Shown: in pieces, positions 17,238 through 22,093 of the stretch
How the letters are laid out: each line of letters opens with the position of its first letter
Numbering within the stretch: position 1 is the first letter of the stretch
The notes under the pieces: generated by a model
The model's database searches: none
What the model saw: the letters and a program-made list of their open reading frames with translations, nothing else
Told to the model about the DNA's origin: nothing
Position numbers and translations under genes: made by a program
Origin: Gemmatimonadaceae bacterium
GTDB lineage: Bacteria > Gemmatimonadota > Gemmatimonadetes > Gemmatimonadales > Gemmatimonadaceae
DNA length: 22,093 nucleotides
Reading direction: 5' to 3'
Assembly: GCA_040902005.1 (NCBI GenBank)
Contig: JBBDYA010000082.1
Span: 1 to 22,093, forward strand

Positions 17238-18136
17238 GTCTTCTGGACGGCGTGCCCGCCGAACTCGTTCCGCAGCGCGGCGATCACCTTGGCCGAAAAG
17301 GATTCGTCCTGCCGGGAGCGGAAGCGCGTGAGCAGGGACAGCGTGATCACCGGCGCGGGCACGTCCAGATCCATGGCTTCCTGCACCGTCCAGCGTCCTT
17401 CACCGGAATCCGCCACCCACCCGCGAATGCCCTGGAGGTCCGCGTCCTTCGCGAACGCGCGCACCGACAGCTCGTTCAGCCATGACCGCACCACGCTCCC
17501 GTGCTGCCACAGGGACGCGATGCCGTGCAGGTCCAGCTCCGGAAAATCGCGGGACGCGTGAAGGATCTCGTACCCCTCGGCGTACGCCTGGAGCAGCCCG
17601 TACTCGATGCCGTTGTGCACCATCTTCACGTAGTGTCCGGCTCCCGGCGGCCCGACGTGCGAATACCCATTGGGCGGCGCCAGCGTCTTGAAGATGGGCT
17701 CGCAGCGGAGCACGGCGCGCTTCTCACCGCCGACCATGAGACAATAGCCGTTCTCCAGTCCCCACACGCCGCCGCTCGTGCCGCTGTCGATCAGGTGAAT
17801 TCTCCGGTCGCGCAGCGCCGCGGCCCTCCGGATCGTGTCGTGAAAGTTGGAGTTGCCCCCGTCGATGATGATGTCACCGTCGGCCAGCAACGGCACCAGT
17901 TCCTCGATCGTCTCGTCCACCGGCCCGCCGGCCGGGACCATGATCCACACGATGCGCGGCGCGGCCAGTTGCCGCACGGCATCCGCGAGGCCTTGCGCAG
18001 GCGCGGCGCCGAGCGTGGCGTACCGCGCGACCGTGTCCGCCGCGCGGTCAAAGGCTACGACCTGATGCCCACCGCGCAGCAGGCGCTCGGTCATGTTCCC
18101 GCCCATCTTGCCCAGCCCGATCATCGCGAGTTGCAT
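17234..18136 (-). CDS. gnd: 6-phosphogluconate dehydrogenase, decarboxylating, short (about 300 aa, YqeC-like) type
   Basis: Motifs [51 protein letters not shown] and [12 protein letters not shown] overlap with zwf and an SD GGGAGAG upstream. Confidence 0.95.
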   Translation of the reverse strand: MQLAMIGLGKMGGNMTERLLRGGHQVVAFDRAADTVARYATLGAAPAQGLADAVRQLAAPRIVWIMVPAGGPVDETIEELVPLLADGDIIIDGGNSNFHDTIRRAAALRDRRIHLIDSGTSGGVWGLENGYCLMVGGEKRAVLRCEPIFKTLAPPNGYSHVGPPGAGHYVKMVHNGIEYGLLQAYAEGYEILHASRDFPELDLHGIASLWQHGSVVRSWLNELSVRAFAKDADLQGIRGWVADSGEGRWTVQEAMDLDVPAPVITLSLLTRFRSRQDESFSAKVIAALRNEFGGHAVQKT

Positions 18137-18166
18137 GTGCTCTCCCGGACGGTCACGCCCGACATA

Positions 18167-18796
18167 TCATGGAATCATCAGTACGGCTCTCGCCGGCGCT
18201 CCGTCCAGCCCCTCGAGGCGCAGCGGTAGGCAGAAGAACGCATACTGCCCCGGCGGTACCACGGAGAGATCGAGTCCTTCCACGATGACGATGCCGCGCT
18301 CCAGCAGGGTGCGGTGCGTGCGATGATGCCCGGAATGAAACTGCTCGACGGACAGATAGTCCACGCCCACGAGCTTCACGCCAATCGACGCGAGGTATTC
18401 GGCGCCGCCCGGCTCCAGATAGGTGTAGTCCTCATGGAACCGGCCGTCCGTGAGAAAGGTCGAATTGCGGGTGCGGATCAGGACGCGCTCCGCGCCGTCC
18501 AGGTTGTATTGCCGCAGGTGCTCCGCGGACACGCTCATCACGTCGTGCGAGAACCCGATGACGTGCGCCGGTCCGATCAGCGCGGTCAGCGGGAGGCGGT
18601 CCACGGTGCTGCCGGCCTCGAAGAAGTGCCGGGGCGCGTCGACATGGGTTCCCGTGTGCGACCCGAACGTGATGAGCGACACGTTGGCGCTCGCGCCACG
18701 GCTCAGCTCGGAATGCGGCGCGATGCGAATCTCCGGATTTCCGGGATACACCGTGCCGCCGTTCGCCATCGGCACAGAAATGTCGAAGATTTTCAT
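18167..18796 (-). CDS. Cyclase-family metal-dependent hydrolase (kynurenine formamidase/KynB-like); ATG at 18796 preferred
   Basis: HTGTHVDAPRH (HxGTHxDxPxH), N-terminal FDIS...YPG, GVDYLS, H..LL..GIVIVEGL and LPLRL.GLDGAPARA. Confidence 0.9.
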   Translation of the reverse strand: MKIFDISVPMANGGTVYPGNPEIRIAPHSELSRGASANVSLITFGSHTGTHVDAPRHFFEAGSTVDRLPLTALIGPAHVIGFSHDVMSVSAEHLRQYNLDGAERVLIRTRNSTFLTDGRFHEDYTYLEPGGAEYLASIGVKLVGVDYLSVEQFHSGHHRTHRTLLERGIVIVEGLDLSVVPPGQYAFFCLPLRLEGLDGAPARAVLMIP

Positions 18797-18825
18797 CACG
18801 GGGTGATACTGGGCCACACCGTGCC

Positions 18826-18877
18826 AAAAGGGAACAGGGACGCCATTCCCAATTCCTCCGGTTGTGGTTCCATTCCA
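18826..18877. promoter_or_regulatory. Structured/repeated element in the divergent cyclase-DUF885 intergenic region
   Basis: Inverted repeat GGAA-ca-GGGA (18831-18840) / TCCC-aa-TTCC (18847-18856) flanked by AAAA (18826-18829). Heptamers CCATTCC (18843), CAATTCC (18850) and CCATTCC (18870). Confidence 0.45.
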
Positions 18878-18897
18878 TAGATGCGCCCAGCGTTGCC

Positions 18898-20841
18898 ATG
18901 ACCGTGAATCGCCGCCAGTTCCTGCGCGCTGGCGCCGGCCTGGCGGCCGGCGTGGCCGCCGCGCCGCTGCTTCAAGCGTGCAAGCTGGAATCCCGGCGCG
19001 AACTCGCCGACGGCGGATTCGCCCAGCTGCGCACCAGGCACTTCCGGGAGCAGCTCACGCTCAACCCCGTGACCAGCACGTATCTGGGCGGCGAGGGATG
19101 GGATCCCGCCCTCGGGGTGCTGCACGGTCGCCTGCGGAACCATGCACCCGATGCGCTGCGCGACGAGGCGGACACCTATCGCGACCATACGCGCGCGCAC
19201 CTCACGATCGACGACGCGCTGCTGTCGCCGCAGGGCCGGGTGGATCACGCCGTAATGGGCGCGCAGCTGGCGTTCCTGCAACACCAGCTGGATCGGCGCT
19301 ATCACGAGCGCGCCGTGGACACGTACGTCGCGGAGCCCTTCCGCGGCGTGGACTGGCAGATGCAGCAGATGCGCGCGACGTCCTCCCAGCAGCTGGGCGA
19401 CGAAGCGGAGTGGAGCCAGGTGGTGGAGCGGCTGTCCGCGGTGCCCGAGTATCTGGCCATCGCGCGCGCGAACCTGGAAGCGGGGCAGAAGGCCGGCAAC
19501 ATGCCGGACCGCCGCATGGTGCGGATCGACGGCATCGCGGGGAGCCGGGCCAACGCGACCTACTTTCGCCTCACGGTGCCCCAGCTGGCGAAGGCGTACA
19601 TGGCCGGCCAGTCCTTCGAGGGTGCCATGACCAGGCGCCTGGCGGACGCCGGCGCGGCCGCCGCGCGCGCGTACGAGCAGTTCGCCGTGTGGATGGAGCG
19701 GACCTACCCGCTGAATGAATCCGCGAACCGCTTCGCGCTGGGAGAGGCGGGGTATGAATGGCGGGTCCGCACGGTGCTGCGCGACGAGCGCTCCGCGAAC
19801 GAGCTGTTCGACTACGGCGGTCGGCAGGTGGAGGAGTACACGCAGCGGATGTCAGAGGTGGCCGAGCGCATCCTGCGCGAGCGCGGCATCGGCGTCCCGT
19901 CCGGCGATGAGGATCGCGCCTGGAGCATCCGTCGTGTGATGGACGATCTTTCCGCGGAATCCCCGGCCAACGATGAGGAGCTGCTGCGGTGGTACCGTGA
20001 GGCGGCTGCCCGCGCGGTGGCGTACGGTCGCGAACGCGAGATGTTCGACGTGCCCGCGGACTACCGGCTCGACATCGTGCCCACGCCGCCCGTGCTGCGG
20101 AGCACGATTGACGCCGCGTACTATCCCGCGCCGCCCCTGAAGAACGTCGGCGTCGGGCGCTTCTATCTGACCCCCACGGGCAACGATCCCGCGGCGCTGC
20201 GGCAGCACAGCCGCGCGTCCGTGGCGGATACCGCCGTCCACGAGGGGTTTCCGGGCCACGACTGGCACTTCAAGTACATGACGCAGCAGGCCGCGGAGAT
20301 CTCGCACATTCGATGGCTCACGATCGGCGCGGTCGAGGATTCGTCATCGATGTGGAGCGACTCCATGGCGGTGGAAGGGTGGGGATTGTACGCCGAGGAG
20401 TTGATGGCCACCCCCGTGGCCGATCGCCCGCACGGCTTCTATTCCCCCGGCGAGTATCTCTTCGAGCTACAGGGACAGCTGTTGCGCGCGGCGCGCGTAC
20501 GTATCGACGTCGGCCTGCATACCGGCCGGATGTCGTTCGAGGACGCGGTGGCCTACTACACCGGGCACGTGAGCTTTTTCCCGGATGCCTGCGCGAAGGC
20601 CGCGAGCGATCCGGCGGCGAAGGCCGCCTGCGACTCGGCAGCGCGCGCGATCTACCGCTACAGCAAGTGGCCCACGCAGGCGATCACCTACAATCTCGGC
20701 AAGACGGCCATCGTATCGATGCGCGAAGCCTACCGTTCGCGCGCGGGCGCATCGTACTCGCCGCGCGAGTTCCACGAGCAGTTCATGCGGATGGGCACGA
20801 TCCCGCCCGGATTTTTCAGGGACGTTCTGCTGCCGAAGTGA
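18898..20841 (+). CDS. DUF885-family Tat-exported lipoprotein, putative zinc metallopeptidase
   Basis: Twin-arginine motif NRRQFL, a hydrophobic stretch and lipobox LQA-C. DUF885 motifs AAYYPAP, HEGFPGHDWH, EGWGLYAE, RAARVRIDVGLH, RYSKWPTQAITY and REFHE. Confidence 0.88.
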   Translation: MTVNRRQFLRAGAGLAAGVAAAPLLQACKLESRRELADGGFAQLRTRHFREQLTLNPVTSTYLGGEGWDPALGVLHGRLRNHAPDALRDEADTYRDHTRAHLTIDDALLSPQGRVDHAVMGAQLAFLQHQLDRRYHERAVDTYVAEPFRGVDWQMQQMRATSSQQLGDEAEWSQVVERLSAVPEYLAIARANLEAGQKAGNMPDRRMVRIDGIAGSRANATYFRLTVPQLAKAYMAGQSFEGAMTRRLADAGAAAARAYEQFAVWMERTYPLNESANRFALGEAGYEWRVRTVLRDERSANELFDYGGRQVEEYTQRMSEVAERILRERGIGVPSGDEDRAWSIRRVMDDLSAESPANDEELLRWYREAAARAVAYGREREMFDVPADYRLDIVPTPPVLRSTIDAAYYPAPPLKNVGVGRFYLTPTGNDPAALRQHSRASVADTAVHEGFPGHDWHFKYMTQQAAEISHIRWLTIGAVEDSSSMWSDSMAVEGWGLYAEELMATPVADRPHGFYSPGEYLFELQGQLLRAARVRIDVGLHTGRMSFEDAVAYYTGHVSFFPDACAKAASDPAAKAACDSAARAIYRYSKWPTQAITYNLGKTAIVSMREAYRSRAGASYSPREFHEQFMRMGTIPPGFFRDVLLPK

Positions 20842-22093
20842 GCACGGCGCGCATCTGCTCGCGCAGCGGCGCGGGGTGCGTGACTGGCTCACCGCACACG
20901 AATCCGCGGCACAGGAACGCCGTCGCGGCGCCATCGCGCGACGCCCGATCGGCCAGCAGGGCGACGCGGTCGGCCGACGCCGGCACGCCGCCCGCCATCA
21001 CCAGCGACGGCGTGTAGCACTCCCCGGCCGCGCGCGCGAGCGCCCGGAAGTCCGGCGCGTCCGGCGTGCCGACGATCGCCAGTTCGATCGCGCCGTACAC
21101 GGCGATGTCCGACGCCGTGAGCGCATGGCCGAACGCCAGCGGGTAGCGGGCCATCGGCTCCGCGATGGTTTCGAGGACGTGGTTCGCGCGACGCAGCAAT
21201 TCCGGCTCGCCAAGCACGTCACCGAGGCGCAGCAGCAGCTCCACGGTGAGCGAGGTGCCCGACGGCGTCGCATTGTCGGTGATGTCACGGGGCCTGGTGA
21301 TCAGCTCCTCATGATCCGATGCGGTGTCGAAGAACGCGCCGGCGTCGTCGTCCCAGAACCAGCGGACGGTCGCATCCGTGAGCGCGCGCGCGCGACTCAG
21401 CCAGGCCCGATCGAACGTCAGCTCGTACACGGCGAGCGCGCCCAGTGCCACGGCGGCATGGTCCTCCAGAAACCCCGGAATGCGCGTCACGCCGTCCGTG
21501 TGGGAGCGAAAGACCCGATCGCCGCGCACCATTTCGCGGAAGAGAAACTCGGCGTTGCCGACCGCCAGCGCGCGGTAGCGGTCCTCGCCGAACGCGCGGG
21601 CCGTCTCCGCAATCGCGCGCAGCATCAGGCCATTCCATGAGGCCAGCACTTTCTCGTCGCGCGCAGGGCGAATGCGTGACTCGCGCGCCGCGCGCAGCAC
21701 GCGCCGCGCCTCAGGCAGCCCGGCGGGCGGCTCGGCCGCATCGCGCGCGACGTGCAGGATGTTGGTGCCCTCGAAGTTCCCCGCTGCGGTGACTCCCCAG
21801 TACGCCATGAGGGCATCGGCCTCCACGCCCCCTCCCAGCAGCACGCGGAGCTCCGCGGCATCCCACACGTAGAATCTTCCTTCATGACCCTCGCTGTCGG
21901 CGTCCAGCGAGGAGTAGAAGGCGCCCTGCGGCGACGTCATCTCGCGCGCCACCCAGTCCAGGGTATCCTCGCACACCCGGCGGATCTCCGCGTCACCCGT
22001 CGCCTGCCACAGATGCACGCCCACGCGCGCGATCAGCGCGTTGTCGTACAGCATCTTCTCGAAGTGCGGCACCAGCCAGTGTGCGTCCACCGA
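20816..22093 (-). CDS. YyaL/DUF255 (SSP411/SPATA20-like) thioredoxin-domain protein, C-terminal part (5' end beyond the window)
   Basis: Motifs VDAHWLVPHFEKMLYDNA, FYSSLDADSEGHEGRFYVW, RPARDEKVLASWNGLM, FLEDHA, DNATPSG and the terminal C.GF.C..P. Confidence 0.92.
   Translation of the reverse strand, partial: SVDAHWLVPHFEKMLYDNALIARVGVHLWQATGDAEIRRVCEDTLDWVAREMTSPQGAFYSSLDADSEGHEGRFYVWDAAELRVLLGGGVEADALMAYWGVTAAGNFEGTNILHVARDAAEPPAGLPEARRVLRAARESRIRPARDEKVLASWNGLMLRAIAETARAFGEDRYRALAVGNAEFLFREMVRGDRVFRSHTDGVTRIPGFLEDHAAVALGALAVYELTFDRAWLSRARALTDATVRWFWDDDAGAFFDTASDHEELITRPRDITDNATPSGTSLTVELLLRLGDVLGEPELLRRANHVLETIAEPMARYPLAFGHALTASDIAVYGAIELAIVGTPDAPDFRALARAAGECYTPSLVMAGGVPASADRVALLADRASRDGAATAFLCRGFVCGEPVTHPAPLREQMRAVLTSAAERP

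Noticed and set aside
18167..18796. Assigning kynB and a kynurenine route to NAD
   Set aside because: The family motif alone does not fix the substrate. No kynA, kynU, kmo or haao lies in the window, and the aspartate route is complete.
18812..18827. Sigma54-like TTGGCACG on the minus strand upstream of the cyclase gene
   Set aside because: GG-to-GC spacing is 9 nt rather than the required 10, and the -12 TTGC is absent.
1..22093. Prophage, IS/integron, CRISPR, toxin-antitoxin or defence system
   Set aside because: No integrase, transposase, cas, nuclease or repeat-spacer pattern was seen. The intergenic gaps are all about 100 bp or less and the genes are housekeeping-like.

Overview
A GC-rich (roughly 68-70% by eye), densely coding bacterial chromosomal segment. 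Gene content and weak Shine-Dalgarno usage are compatible with Gemmatimonadota, but that is an inference. No mobile element, CRISPR array, rRNA or tRNA is visible. In order, the + strand carries a secreted PIG-L/LmbE-family deacetylase, a cryptic single-TM microprotein, a sodium:solute symporter and a type II NADH dehydrogenase, then a PAS-PAS hybrid histidine kinase and a REC-ANTAR response regulator. Next come a NupC/CNT nucleoside transporter and an MFS transporter (-), divergent from nadB-nadA-nadC (+). These converge on a cyclase/KynB-like hydrolase-gnd-zwf-DAGK-family kinase operon (-), which is divergent from a Tat lipoprotein of the DUF885 family (+). The window ends in a truncated YyaL/DUF255-family gene (-). 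Best leads: (1) a cyclase-family metallohydrolase sits in a gnd-zwf operon that lacks pgl, so it may be a non-canonical 6-phosphogluconolactonase; (2) an RNA-binding ANTAR regulator is paired with a hybrid kinase, with degenerate candidate hairpin targets; (3) an unannotated TM microprotein has a reading frame that depends on a C11 tract; (4) NAD(P)-related genes cluster here, including a possible nicotinamide riboside transporter; (5) G/C homopolymers lie at gene 5' ends and several promoters look leaderless. All functional novelties are hypotheses.
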